Positions 15,556-24,908 of a stretch of DNA of 28,707 bases are shown one piece after another. The notes beneath the pieces were generated by a model that worked only from the letters and a program-made list of their open reading frames with translations, was not told the DNA's origin and did not search any database. Numbering within the stretch: position 1 is the first letter of the stretch; each line of letters starts with the position of its first letter. The stretch spans positions 1 to 28,707 of the forward strand of contig JAZSBW010000228.1 in assembly GCA_045602585.1 (NCBI GenBank). The letters run 5' to 3'. This DNA is from Clostridia bacterium. GTDB lineage: Bacteria; Bacillota; Clostridia; UMGS1810. The translations under genes were made by a program, and so were the position numbers.

Positions 15556-16452
15556 TTATAATTCAAACAGATATTTTTCTGATATTTTAACAGATTTCTC
15601 TTTATCTGCACAAAGTTGATTTTTTAATTCCTCAATATTATCAAATGTACGTTCCCCGCGCAGTTTTTCAATAAATTTTACGGTTATCTGCTTGCCGTAC
15701 AAATCACCGCCGAAGCCTATTATATGGGTTTCGGCTTTTATTTTGCTGTCGTTGTCAACGGTGGGGTTTTCGCCTATGTTGGTTATTGCGGCATAGGCTT
15801 TACCGTCAATTTCTACTTTTGTTGCGTATACACCGACTTGGGGCAGAAGAGATATGTTTTGCGTGCTCATATTAATTGTAGGGAAACCCATTTCACTGCC
15901 GAGTTGTTTACCATGCATAACTTCGGACGTTATTTCAAAAAGTCTGCCCGTCATAAGGTAAGCGGAGTTTACATTGCCTTTTTTAATCTGCTCTCGTATA
16001 CGTGTACTGCTTATCGGCTCGTTTTCAAAAAGCACGGGCTGGGCAATCGTTACGCCTATCCCCTCTTTTTTGCACAACTGCTCCATTTGGGATGCGTCGC
16101 CCGCACGGTCTTTGCCGAAGAGGAAGTTAAAACCCACTATAACGTGCTTTGCCGAGAGGTCGTTTTTTAATATCTGCACAAATTCTTCGGGGCTTGTGGC
16201 TTTGAATTCGTCCGTAAACGGCTGACAGTATATATTTTCAATACCGCATTTATATAAAAGCGTGTTTTTTTCGTTATCGTCTGTTATGGCATATCTTCCG
16301 CTTGTGAAAGTGTATGCTAAAGATTTAAGATTTTTTTCTTTGCAAATATCAAGCGCCAGCGCCAAAAGATGCTGATGCCCTTTATGCACGCCGTCAAATT
16401 TGCCGATAACAACGGCAGACGGCATAGAGAATTTTCTGTTTTCTAAAATCAT
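15556..16452 (-). CDS. ribF: Bifunctional riboflavin kinase/FAD synthetase
   Basis: IGKFDGVHKGHQ, IVGFNFLFG, ISSTRIR, G.QLG..MGFPTIN, GVYAT, NIG.NPTV, ETHI, LRGERTF. Confidence 0.96.
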   Translation of the reverse strand: MILENRKFSMPSAVVIGKFDGVHKGHQHLLALALDICKEKNLKSLAYTFTSGRYAITDDNEKNTLLYKCGIENIYCQPFTDEFKATSPEEFVQILKNDLSAKHVIVGFNFLFGKDRAGDASQMEQLCKKEGIGVTIAQPVLFENEPISSTRIREQIKKGNVNSAYLMTGRLFEITSEVMHGKQLGSEMGFPTINMSTQNISLLPQVGVYATKVEIDGKAYAAITNIGENPTVDNDSKIKAETHIIGFGGDLYGKQITVKFIEKLRGERTFDNIEELKNQLCADKEKSVKISEKYLFEL

Positions 16453-16455
16453 TTT

Positions 16456-17340
16456 TCAGTTACCTGCATAAAAATTTTTAACTATCTTTAAAATGCCGTT
16501 TTCTACCTTGCCTACGCACAGAAAATCGCCTTCGTTGCCGTACACTCTGTACTGACCGTCTTCAAAGGTTACATTTAAAAACATTCCGTTTAATATCTGT
16601 GCGGTGCGTTTGCCGTCAAGATGGATTTCGTATAAATCCGCAAATACAGCATCTGTTGGTATAATAAGGCTTTTAACATCACCGTTTTCGGCAATTGCAC
16701 GTATTTCGTCAAGCGTTTTTGCACTGTCTAAGTTAAACATTGCTGACTTTGTGCGGACTAACGCCGTCATTGTCGCACCAATGCCGAGAGTGTTGCCAAT
16801 ATCTGCACACAGAGTCCGTATATATGTGCCTTTTGAGCAAGATACCTTCATAGAAAATTCACCGTTTTCAAAATTGAATATATCGATGCTGTGTATTGTT
16901 ACTGTACGGCTTTTGCGCTCTATCTCAATGCCATTGCGTGCATACTCGTAAAGTTTTTTGCCGCCTACTTTAACGGCTGAATACATCGGCGGTGTCTGGT
17001 CAATTTCGCCAATAAACTTTTTGGCGGCATCATTTACCATATCTTCTGTTATATGTGCGCAATCTGTTTCGGTTAAAACCTCGCCCCAAACATCTTCAGT
17101 ATCCGTTGTTATGCCGAGGCGCACACGTGCTATGTATTCTTTGTCGGAGCAGGTAAGCATATCGCTTACCTTTGTGCCTTTGCCTACGCAAATGGGAAGC
17201 ACACCCGTCGCCTGAGGGTCAAGCGTTCCTGTATGGCCGACTTTTTTTGTGCCGAGAATTTTGCGCATTACTGCAACTACGTCGTGCGAGGTAAAGTCCT
17301 TTTCTTTATTTACTATTATAATTCCGTTAATTGCTATCAC
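16456..17340 (-). CDS. truB: tRNA pseudouridine(55) synthase TruB (start uncertain: GTG 17340 or ATT 17331)
   Basis: NKEKDFTSHDVV, KVGHTGTLDPQATGVL, PPMYSAVKVGGKKLYEYAR, CSKGTYIRTL. Confidence 0.96.
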   Translation of the reverse strand: MIAINGIIIVNKEKDFTSHDVVAVMRKILGTKKVGHTGTLDPQATGVLPICVGKGTKVSDMLTCSDKEYIARVRLGITTDTEDVWGEVLTETDCAHITEDMVNDAAKKFIGEIDQTPPMYSAVKVGGKKLYEYARNGIEIERKSRTVTIHSIDIFNFENGEFSMKVSCSKGTYIRTLCADIGNTLGIGATMTALVRTKSAMFNLDSAKTLDEIRAIAENGDVKSLIIPTDAVFADLYEIHLDGKRTAQILNGMFLNVTFEDGQYRVYGNEGDFLCVGKVENGILKIVKNFYAGN

Positions 17341-17382
17341 CTCAATACAATAAATGTAAGAGTTAATTCAAAATGATGTATA

Positions 17383-17438
17383 AACTACTTATATATTTTT
17401 CACATAAATATACTCGGGTGAAAAATATATAAGTAGTT
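17383..17438. repeat. 21-bp perfect AT-rich inverted repeat within the operon (nrnA-truB gap)
   Basis: AACTACTTATATATTTTTCAC (17383-17403) and GTGAAAAATATATAAGTAGTT (17418-17438), 14-nt loop. Confidence 0.85.
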
Positions 17439-17447
17439 ATCATAGCA

Positions 17448-18401
17448 TCAAATAACTTTTTCTATTTCTTTAAGTATGGTATCTTTCGCTTCGTCAAGCG
17501 AACATCTAAGTGTTATACCTGCGGCGCGCATATGTCCTCCTCCGCCGAGTGTTGCAGCAATTTTGGAAACATCTACGCTCTCGCCCGAGCGAAGGCTGAT
17601 TTTAACCTCGTCGCCGCGCTTTTTAAGGAACACGCCAACCTCTACACCCTCTATACTTCTTGGGAGATTTGTAATAAAATCAACCTCATCAAAGCGCATA
17701 TCCTTGCTCTCTAACAGTTCGTCCGTCACATAGATAACGGCAACTTTTCCGTTAAAGTGCGTTGTAAGTGTAGATGTTATATCGCCCACTATATCAATCT
17801 GTTTTTTTGTGTATGTGTCAAACAAATTTTTAAATATCAACGCACTTTCTACACCGTTATCCAAAAGCGATGCACCCGCTTTCATAGTGCGTGATGTTGT
17901 GGACGAATACTTGAATCCGCCTGTATCTGAAACTATTGCGGTGTATATGGCGTCTGCCATATCACCCGTAGGATTTATACCTATAACCTCTGCGGCAAGG
18001 CAGTAGATAATCTCACCTGCAGCGGCGGCATCGGGAATAACTGCATTAACCTTTGCAAAGCCTACGTTTGTGCGGTGGTGGTCTATGCAGGCAGTACGCT
18101 CTGCGGCGGCAAACTCTTCGCTTCTGCAGGAGAGTCTGTCAAGCCCTGCGCAGTCTATCGCTATATATGCATCAAACGATTGTCCATCTTTTGCCGAGCA
18201 ATCGCCGTTCCACATAAATTCAAGGTGATGCGGAACGTCTTCGTTGTTTATGCAAACGGCAGATTTTTTGCCGAGTGCGGACAGCATATACCACATACCA
18301 AGGCACGAGCCGACACAGTCGCCATCAGGGTTTGTATGCCCGATGATGGCGAAATTGTCGTTATTTTCGATGAATTTTTTTATTTGGTTTAAACTCATCA
18401 T
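17448..18401 (-). CDS. nrnA: DHH/DHHA1 bifunctional oligoribonuclease/PAP phosphatase NrnA
   Basis: GHTNPDGDCVGS, AIDC, IDHH, SDTGGF, ISLRS, GGGGHMRAAG; usual position between rbfA and truB. Confidence 0.92.
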   Translation of the reverse strand: MMSLNQIKKFIENNDNFAIIGHTNPDGDCVGSCLGMWYMLSALGKKSAVCINNEDVPHHLEFMWNGDCSAKDGQSFDAYIAIDCAGLDRLSCRSEEFAAAERTACIDHHRTNVGFAKVNAVIPDAAAAGEIIYCLAAEVIGINPTGDMADAIYTAIVSDTGGFKYSSTTSRTMKAGASLLDNGVESALIFKNLFDTYTKKQIDIVGDITSTLTTHFNGKVAVIYVTDELLESKDMRFDEVDFITNLPRSIEGVEVGVFLKKRGDEVKISLRSGESVDVSKIAATLGGGGHMRAAGITLRCSLDEAKDTILKEIEKVI

Positions 18402-18748
18402 ACTTTTCCCTCGTTAATTTTATGAATTAAATCGTTTATGTGCATACCGTAGTCTACAGAACGGTCAAGCACGAAGGTGAAGTCCGGAGTTATACGCAAA
18501 TTAAGGCGCGCGGAAATTTCACGGCGAATATAGCCGGAGGCACTTTTAAGCGCTTTTAAGGCATCTGCCTTTTCTTCTTCTGTGCCCATAACGGATATAT
18601 GCGCTTTTGCGTATTTTAAATCCTTTGTTACGTCAACTGCCACAACCGATGTCATAGCAGGTATGCGCGGGTCTTTAAGAGTACGGATAACTGCCGCCAA
18701 CTCACGCAGGACTTCTTCTTTAATTCTATCTAATCTGTTGTTAGCCAT
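18398..18748 (-). CDS. rbfA: 30S ribosome-binding factor RbfA
   Basis: KDPRI, V.VTKDLKYAKAHIS, ASGYIR, LRITPDFTF.LD.S. Confidence 0.96.
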   Translation of the reverse strand: MANNRLDRIKEEVLRELAAVIRTLKDPRIPAMTSVVAVDVTKDLKYAKAHISVMGTEEEKADALKALKSASGYIRREISARLNLRITPDFTFVLDRSVDYGMHINDLIHKINEGKV

Positions 18749-18754
18749 TTAAAT

Positions 18755-21244
18755 TTACCTTTCCACTTCTTCCATATCGAACGATTCGATTACATCGCCC
18801 TCTTTGATATCGTTGAAGTTTTCAATACCGATACCGCATTCGTAGCCGGAGGCAACCTCTTTTGCATCGTCTTTAAAGCGTTTGAGCGATGAGAGCACGC
18901 CCTCGTGGATAACAATGCCGTCACGCACGATACGAACCTGAGAATTACGCAGGATTTTACCCTCCTGAACGTAACCGCCGGCGATTGTGCCAACACCTGA
19001 TACTTTGAATGTGTTACGAACTTCTGCGTGTCCGTATACAACCTCTTTGAATTCAGGAGCAAGCATACCTTTCATAGCGGCTTCTATTTCCTCTATAGCG
19101 GTGTAGATAACTCTGTATGTGCGGATATCTACGTTGTCACGCGCTGCAGTTGAAACTGCCTGAGCATTCGGACGTACGTTAAAGCCTACGATTACTGCGT
19201 TGGATGCAGCAGCAAGCATAACGTCGCTTTCGGTAATTCCGCCTACGCCGCCGTGAATACAAGCCACGCGTACTTCTTCGTTTGAAAGTTTTTCAAGCGA
19301 CTGTTTAACAGCCTCAACCGAGCCCTGAACGTCTGCTTTAACGATGATGTTAAAGGTTTTCATCTCGCCCTCTTTGATGTGGTCAAAGAGAGAGTCAAGA
19401 GATACTGCCTTGCGTGACTGATTAGCCTCTTCTTTTGCTTTGAACTTTCTCTGTTCTACTACTTCTCTTGCTTTACGCTCGTCTGTTACTGCGTAGAAAG
19501 CGTCACCGCCGTCGGGAACTTCACTTAAACCGAAAATCTCAACCGGAACGGACGGGCCAGCCTTTTTAACCTGATTGCCTCTGTCGTCTACCATAGCACG
19601 AACTCTGCCGACAGCCGTACCTGCAACCACAATATCGCCTACACGGAGTGTACCGTTCTGTACAAGAACTGTTGCAACGGGGCCGCGGCCTTTGTCGAGC
19701 TGAGCCTCTACAACTGTACCTTTACCCATTCTGTCGGGGTTGGCTTTAAGTTCTTTCATATCTGCAACGAGTGTTACCATTTCGAGCAGCTCGTCAATGT
19801 TTTTATTGAATTTAGCAGAGATTGGCACACAGATAGTGTCGCCGCCCCATTCCTCGGGTACTAAGTCGTATTCGGTGAGTTCCTGCTTGATTCTGTCGGG
19901 GTTAGCGCCCTCTTTATCGATTTTATTTATTGCAACAATAATTGTAACTCCTGCGGCTTTTGCGTGGTTAATAGCCTCAACTGTCTGTGGCATAATACCG
20001 TCGTCTGCCGCAACTACGATAATTGCAATATCAGTTACCTGTGCACCGCGCAGACGCATAGCGGTAAACGCTTCGTGACCGGGAGTGTCTAAGAAAGTGA
20101 TTTTTTTATCGTGAATACGCACACGGTACGCACCGATATGCTGTGTAATTCCTCCTGCTTCTTTTGCTATTACGTTAGTGTTACGGATTGCATCAAGCAG
20201 TGATGTTTTACCATGGTCAACGTGACCCATAACAACTACAACCGGTGAGCGCGGTTTTAAACTTTCGGGAGCGTCTTCAACGTCGTTAAATAGTTTATCC
20301 TCTTCGGTAACAATTATGAGTTTATTAACGATAAAGCCCAAATCTTCGCCGACAAGCGAAGCGGTGTCGAAGTCTATTGTTTGCGAAACAGATGCCATAA
20401 TGCCCAACTCAAACAGTTTTTTAACAACTGTAGATGCAGGCAGTTTCATAAGTTCTGCAAATTCGCCAACTGAGATTTCGTCAGGCACTTCTATAACTGC
20501 AGGCTCTTTCTTTTCTTCCTCTTTTTTCTTTACGGGAGTTTTCTGTACTACTGTCTTTTCCTGCTTTTTAGGTCCTTTTTTGATTTTCTGTTTCTTTTCT
20601 GCTTTGTCACTTATATCCATATCGACAAGTTTTTCGATTTTTTCAGTATCGAGTTTATCGAGGTCTACCACGTTCTGACGTGTGTCAACAACTTTGCGTG
20701 TATCCTCTTTTTTGATTTCGATACTTTCAATATCGTTATTTTCTGAAACAGATTTTTTAAGTTGCTCAAGTTCCTCGGCACGTTTTTTGTCGAGTTCTGC
20801 TTTTTTCTGTTTCTCTAAGCGTTCCTGCTCTTTTTTCTTGGCGATTTTCTCTGCTTTTTCAGCCGCAATTTTATCAGCCTCTGCTTTTTCAGCCGCTTTG
20901 CGTTCTTCCTCAGCCTTTTTGGCAGCGGCTTCTTCAGCGGCTTTTTTGGCTTTTGCTTCTGCTTCTTTAGCGGCTTTTTTAGCCTCGCGCTCGGCGTTGG
21001 CTTTTTCGCGCTCTGCAGAGAGTTCGGCATTTATTTTTGTATATGCCTCCAAGATTGTATCACCGTTATCGTATTGTTTTAAATGGTGTGCGAAAAACAC
21101 GTTGATTTCGTCACCTGTAATTGACGCAGTGGAGTTTTTCTTTTCGATATCGTACTTTGCTAAAAGTTCTGTCATATCTTTAACTGTCATACCGAATTTT
21201 TTGGCAAAATCCGATAATTTGATTTTTGTACCACCGTTTGTCAT
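18755..21244 (-). CDS. infB: Translation initiation factor IF-2
   Basis: IF2_N domain, charged Ala/Lys/Glu linker, [56 protein letters not shown]. Confidence 0.98.
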   Translation of the reverse strand: MTNGGTKIKLSDFAKKFGMTVKDMTELLAKYDIEKKNSTASITGDEINVFFAHHLKQYDNGDTILEAYTKINAELSAEREKANAEREAKKAAKEAEAKAKKAAEEAAAKKAEEERKAAEKAEADKIAAEKAEKIAKKKEQERLEKQKKAELDKKRAEELEQLKKSVSENNDIESIEIKKEDTRKVVDTRQNVVDLDKLDTEKIEKLVDMDISDKAEKKQKIKKGPKKQEKTVVQKTPVKKKEEEKKEPAVIEVPDEISVGEFAELMKLPASTVVKKLFELGIMASVSQTIDFDTASLVGEDLGFIVNKLIIVTEEDKLFNDVEDAPESLKPRSPVVVVMGHVDHGKTSLLDAIRNTNVIAKEAGGITQHIGAYRVRIHDKKITFLDTPGHEAFTAMRLRGAQVTDIAIIVVAADDGIMPQTVEAINHAKAAGVTIIVAINKIDKEGANPDRIKQELTEYDLVPEEWGGDTICVPISAKFNKNIDELLEMVTLVADMKELKANPDRMGKGTVVEAQLDKGRGPVATVLVQNGTLRVGDIVVAGTAVGRVRAMVDDRGNQVKKAGPSVPVEIFGLSEVPDGGDAFYAVTDERKAREVVEQRKFKAKEEANQSRKAVSLDSLFDHIKEGEMKTFNIIVKADVQGSVEAVKQSLEKLSNEEVRVACIHGGVGGITESDVMLAAASNAVIVGFNVRPNAQAVSTAARDNVDIRTYRVIYTAIEEIEAAMKGMLAPEFKEVVYGHAEVRNTFKVSGVGTIAGGYVQEGKILRNSQVRIVRDGIVIHEGVLSSLKRFKDDAKEVASGYECGIGIENFNDIKEGDVIESFDMEEVER

Positions 21245-21558
21245 AATACTTCACCTCCGTTATTGATTGCCTTTTCTATGCTTTTGGCAAAACCTGCATC
21301 GCGTATTGCGATTACAGCGTTAAAACTGTTCCCGATTGCACGGCCCAGTTCTTCTTTAGTGCCTAATGAAATGTATTTAACATTATAATATGCGCAACTG
21401 TCTGTAACTGATTTAAATGTGTTTGCACCGGCATCCTCTGCTAAAATTACCAGCGCCGCAGAGCCGTTCCTGATTGATTCTTTAACGGCATCCTCGCCGC
21501 TTGCAACCTTGCCGGCGCGCTTTGCCAGCGATACTGTAGTTGGAATTTTAATTTTCAT
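21241..21558 (-). CDS. ylxQ: L7Ae/L30e-family RNA-binding protein (YlxQ/RplGA)
   Basis: [29 protein letters not shown]; between ylxR and infB. Confidence 0.9.
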   Translation of the reverse strand: MKIKIPTTVSLAKRAGKVASGEDAVKESIRNGSAALVILAEDAGANTFKSVTDSCAYYNVKYISLGTKEELGRAIGNSFNAVIAIRDAGFAKSIEKAINNGGEVL

Positions 21559-21805
21559 CACATCCGATTAAATTTGATAATTCGTCATAAACCGATTCCG
21601 GTACAGGACAACGCAGTACAGAAGATATGCGCTTTTTTTTGATGGCAGATGCAAGGCATTTTTTATCCTTACAAATATATGCGCTTCTGCCCGTTATATT
21701 TAACGCAACCGTGCCGTTAGATGCTTTTCCTATCTTTAAAAATTCGCTTTTATCGGCTTTTCTGCCGCAACCTGCGCACGTTCTTGTTTTTGCGGGATTT
21801 CTCAT
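21548..21805 (-). CDS. ylxR: YlxR/DUF448 RNA-binding protein (RnpM)
   Basis: RTCAGC, GRSAYIC..C, KKKRIS..L; downstream of nusA. Confidence 0.88.
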   Translation of the reverse strand: MRNPAKTRTCAGCGRKADKSEFLKIGKASNGTVALNITGRSAYICKDKKCLASAIKKKRISSVLRCPVPESVYDELSNLIGCDEN

Positions 21806-22998
21806 TCTTCCTCGCCGTCCGCGTCATCATCTGCATCTATTGCGAAAGAGCCCAGATCGCCGGTGAAGATATCGCCGATGGTGGTTGTGGTTGTACCCCA
21901 ATCGTTATAGTTATCAGCCTCTGTGTCGGGCTTGATATCTATTTTATAACCGCACAGTTTAACTGCTAAACGTGCGTTCTGACCGTCTTTACCGATTGCC
22001 AGCGAAAGTACGCTCTGGTCTACAAATACCAATGCGGCACGCTCTGCCTCGTTGATTTTGATGTCTGTAATATCAACAGGTGAGAATGCTGAACGAATCA
22101 TCTTAACGGGATCGTCGTAGTAGAGAACGATGTCAATTTTTTCGCCGTTTAACTCGTCCATAACTTTCTGTATACGCATACCGTTTTTACCTACGCACGC
22201 ACCGATTGGCTCTACGTCTTTATCGTGCGATACAACCGCTACTTTTGTTCTTGAACCCGCAACTCTGGAGATTGCTTTAATCTCAACAGTGCCGTCTGCA
22301 ATTTCGGGAATTTCAAGTTTAAGTAAGTTTTCTACAAGACCTGTTCTTGTTCTTGAAACCATAATAGCGGGCTCGTTAAAGCGCACCTTTTCGGTTTTTA
22401 CATTTGCTACGTAAAGTTTTAACTGCTGATGGAAATAATAACGGTCTGCAGGTGACTGCTCGTTTGCAGGTAAGATTGCCTCCAACTCGCCAACCTGTTT
22501 GCCAAGGCTTACACCGATATCGATGTAGATATCATTGCCTTTGCTGCGTTGGATAATACCTGTAATCATACCGTTCTGCAATGATGCAAACTCTGAAAGC
22601 ATTATCTGTCTTTCAGCCTCGCGCACTCTCTGCACAACCATCTGCTTTGCCGCCTGAGCAGCAATTCTGCCGAATTCTTTCGGTGTATCTTCAATGTTTA
22701 AAACGTCACCAACTTCAATAGACGGGTCATACTCTTTAGCCTCGTCAACGAGTATCTGGAGCATATCGTCTTCAATCTCGTCATCAGTTGCAACAACGTC
22801 TTTTTGTATATACACCTTGATGTCGCCTGTTTTTCTGTTTAAATCTACTTTAAAATTTTCGTTGGCGGTGTTGTAGTTTTTCTTGTATGCTGATACCAGA
22901 CCTGCCTCCAATGCTTCAAGGACTATCTCCTTGTCGATGCCTTTCTGCTCTGCGATGTCATTTAATGCACGCATAAACTCAGCGTTTAATTTAGCCAT
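21802..22998 (-). CDS. nusA: Transcription termination/antitermination factor NusA
   Basis: FGRIAAQAAKQ, S1 domain, KH domains (SRVAGSRTKVAV, GACVGKNG.R, GEKIDIV, LSLAIGKDGQNARLA). Confidence 0.97.
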   Translation of the reverse strand: MAKLNAEFMRALNDIAEQKGIDKEIVLEALEAGLVSAYKKNYNTANENFKVDLNRKTGDIKVYIQKDVVATDDEIEDDMLQILVDEAKEYDPSIEVGDVLNIEDTPKEFGRIAAQAAKQMVVQRVREAERQIMLSEFASLQNGMITGIIQRSKGNDIYIDIGVSLGKQVGELEAILPANEQSPADRYYFHQQLKLYVANVKTEKVRFNEPAIMVSRTRTGLVENLLKLEIPEIADGTVEIKAISRVAGSRTKVAVVSHDKDVEPIGACVGKNGMRIQKVMDELNGEKIDIVLYYDDPVKMIRSAFSPVDITDIKINEAERAALVFVDQSVLSLAIGKDGQNARLAVKLCGYKIDIKPDTEADNYNDWGTTTTTIGDIFTGDLGSFAIDADDDADGEEE

Positions 22999-23019
22999 TT
23001 TTCCAAATCCCTCCGTATT

Positions 23020-23496
23020 TTAAAATATGCCGTCAAGGCTTAGTTTTACATATGTTGTTTCCCTCTGGGCGATGGTAAACTCACCGCCGTCGGTTTCGAG
23101 TGTAATGATTCCTTCTTCAAACAATTTCAAATCGCCTGTTACAACCTTTGAGCCGTTTACCGATTTGTAAAGACCGATATCAACCTTACTGCCGATAAAT
23201 TTTGCAAAATGCTCTGCCGTTTTAAGCGCCCTGTCAAGACCGGGAGAGGAAACCTCCAGCATATACGCCTGCTCAATCGGGTCGGATACGTCAAGCACAT
23301 CGGAAAGTGCACGCGAAACTGCCTCGCACTCGTCGAGCGATACATTTCTTTCGGCGTCTTTCATATCAAGAAAAATGCGAAGATAGTACTCGCCGCCCTC
23401 TTTTTTGAACTCAATGTCGTAAATTTCGCAGCCGTTTTCGTCTGCAATAGGTGCAGCCAGTTTTAAAATCTCTGCACACACGTCGGTTTTCTTCAT
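23020..23496 (-). CDS. rimP: Ribosome maturation factor RimP
   Basis: EIYDIEF.KEG, LRIFLD, VSLDECEAVSR, Y.LEVSSPGLDRAL; SD AGGAG 7 nt before ATG 23496. Confidence 0.96.
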   Translation of the reverse strand: MKKTDVCAEILKLAAPIADENGCEIYDIEFKKEGGEYYLRIFLDMKDAERNVSLDECEAVSRALSDVLDVSDPIEQAYMLEVSSPGLDRALKTAEHFAKFIGSKVDIGLYKSVNGSKVVTGDLKLFEEGIITLETDGGEFTIAQRETTYVKLSLDGIF

Positions 23497-23509
23497 CACA
23501 CCACTCCTA

Positions 23510-23546
23510 ATACAAACGAAAGAGTGGGTTTGTCAACCCACTCCTT
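23510..23546 (-). terminator. Leader hairpin/attenuator of the rimP-nusA-infB operon
   Basis: Minus strand GGAGTGGGTT-gaca-AACCCACTCT followed by an interrupted U-tract TTCGTTTGT, between promoter and rimP SD. Confidence 0.7.
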
Positions 23547-23572
23547 CGCAAAAGTAATTATTGTCAATACAT

Positions 23573-23601
23573 ATATTACCACGTTTTTCTGTAAAATGCA
23601 A
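23573..23601 (-). promoter_or_regulatory. sigmaA promoter of the rimP operon
   Basis: Minus strand TTGCAT (23601-23596), 17 bp, extended TGg-TAATAT (23578-23573). Confidence 0.7.
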
Positions 23602-23609
23602 GCATTTTT

Positions 23610-24764
23610 TTAAATTTTTACCGGAGAATTATAAAAATCCATACCTGCGCCGCGCTTTTTTGGGTTTTTACACGCAAGTACGGCAATGTCTGTTGCCAGA
23701 ATGTCGTATTTAAAAGTGCTGTTTGAGTTTGGTGTAAAGTCAGCAGTTTTAACTACGAACGGGATTGAAGTTTCCCCCTTTTTCTCCTTTAATAATGCCG
23801 CGCCCGTGTCTGTCATACCGAGTATGCGTGCATAGTCACACTCTTTTTGTCTTTCCATACCGACAATGCCTGCCAGTACGGTGCGCTTAACACGGCTGAG
23901 CGTATATCGGCGGCTTACCATTAACTGATAAAATTCGTCAAGGTTTGTTGCCTGCTTTGCAGATGATATAAGTTTGTTTTCAAACCCGTCCTCTATCAAA
24001 GGAAGATTTTTTAGATTATCTGCATTGCACGTTCTGTAAAAACCGAGTATAAAATTTTCAAGATTGCTCATTCTGTAAGTGTCGCCCGACAGTTCATACG
24101 GCACTAACGAAGATGCGTCCTCTCCCGACTCCATTGCTTTTCGTATAGCGGTAGACGATGCATAAATTCCGTCCGTTTCTATGCTGTGATGCTCTGCCTT
24201 ATGCCTTGCTACTGGATAAATTTTTAAATCTGCATTACATTTAAGCATGGCAGAAATATATGCAACGCCAAGCATATCGTTAGGGTTTTTAAGATAAAAC
24301 GAGATTTCGGGATAAAGATTGTCCATAGCACTTTGCAATGCAGAAGGATACGATGCACCTCTTTGCATAATATGTTCTATCTGTTCTTTTAACGCAGAAT
24401 CTTCGCCTGCTAAAATTTCAGCACAACGCATAAGTGCATCTGCATCGGCAGACTCGCTCCCGAAACTTATTGCATTAACAAGGTTTGATTTTGTTAAAAC
24501 ATCCACTCCGCCCTTTGCAAAAATATCGGCAGATTGAAGCACATACCACGCAGGAAGTTCTATAACCAGATCTGCGCCGTTTTCAAGTGCGGCTTTTGCA
24601 CGTGACCATTTATCATACACAGCAACTTCGCCGCGCTGAACGAACGAGCCGCTCATAACGCATACGCAAGACTCGCAGCCGGAGAGTTTCTTTGCCTGCT
24701 GAATCTGATATTTATGTCCGTTATGGAACGGATTGTACTCACAAATAATGCCTACTGCGGTCAT
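23610..24764 (-). CDS. tmcAL: tRNA(Met) cytidine acetate ligase TmcAL (HIGH nucleotidyltransferase, YlbM)
   Basis: GIICEYNPFHNGH, VMSGSFVQRGE, GADLVIELP, SFGSE, PNDMLG.AY, SSTAIR, YTLSRVKR, RILG. Confidence 0.92.
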   Translation of the reverse strand: MTAVGIICEYNPFHNGHKYQIQQAKKLSGCESCVCVMSGSFVQRGEVAVYDKWSRAKAALENGADLVIELPAWYVLQSADIFAKGGVDVLTKSNLVNAISFGSESADADALMRCAEILAGEDSALKEQIEHIMQRGASYPSALQSAMDNLYPEISFYLKNPNDMLGVAYISAMLKCNADLKIYPVARHKAEHHSIETDGIYASSTAIRKAMESGEDASSLVPYELSGDTYRMSNLENFILGFYRTCNADNLKNLPLIEDGFENKLISSAKQATNLDEFYQLMVSRRYTLSRVKRTVLAGIVGMERQKECDYARILGMTDTGAALLKEKKGETSIPFVVKTADFTPNSNSTFKYDILATDIAVLACKNPKKRGAGMDFYNSPVKI

Positions 24765-24795
24765 CTGGTCACTCCCTCAAAAAAAGCATAAAAAA

Positions 24796-24869
24796 TACGC
24801 CTGATGCGATTCGAACGCACGACCTTCAGAGTCGGAGTCTGACACTCTATCCAACTGAGCTACAGGCGC
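24796..24869 (-). tRNA. tRNA-Arg(CCG), CCA not encoded
   Basis: Minus strand cloverleaf GCGCCTG-TA-GCTC-AGTTGGATA-GAGT-G-TCAGA-CTCCGAC-TCTGA-AGGTC-GTGCG-TTCGAAT-CGCAT-CAGGCGT-A. Confidence 0.95.
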
Positions 24870-24879
24870 ATATATGCTT

Positions 24880-24908
24880 ATTATACATAAAACGTAAAAA
24901 CGTGTCAA
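24880..24908 (-). promoter_or_regulatory. Consensus sigmaA promoter of tRNA-Arg and tmcAL
   Basis: Minus strand TTGACA (24908-24903), 17 bp, TATAAT (24885-24880). Confidence 0.8.

Noticed and set aside
20760-21020. Short imperfect repeats (CTGCTTTTTCAGCCGC-like) and the antisense 20682-21266 ORF
   Set aside because: They encode the normal Ala/Lys/Glu-rich IF-2 linker; they are not a CRISPR array or DNA repeat family.
24796-24869. tRNA as an integration site for a prophage or island
   Set aside because: No integrase, no duplicated tRNA 3' end, and core genes on both sides.
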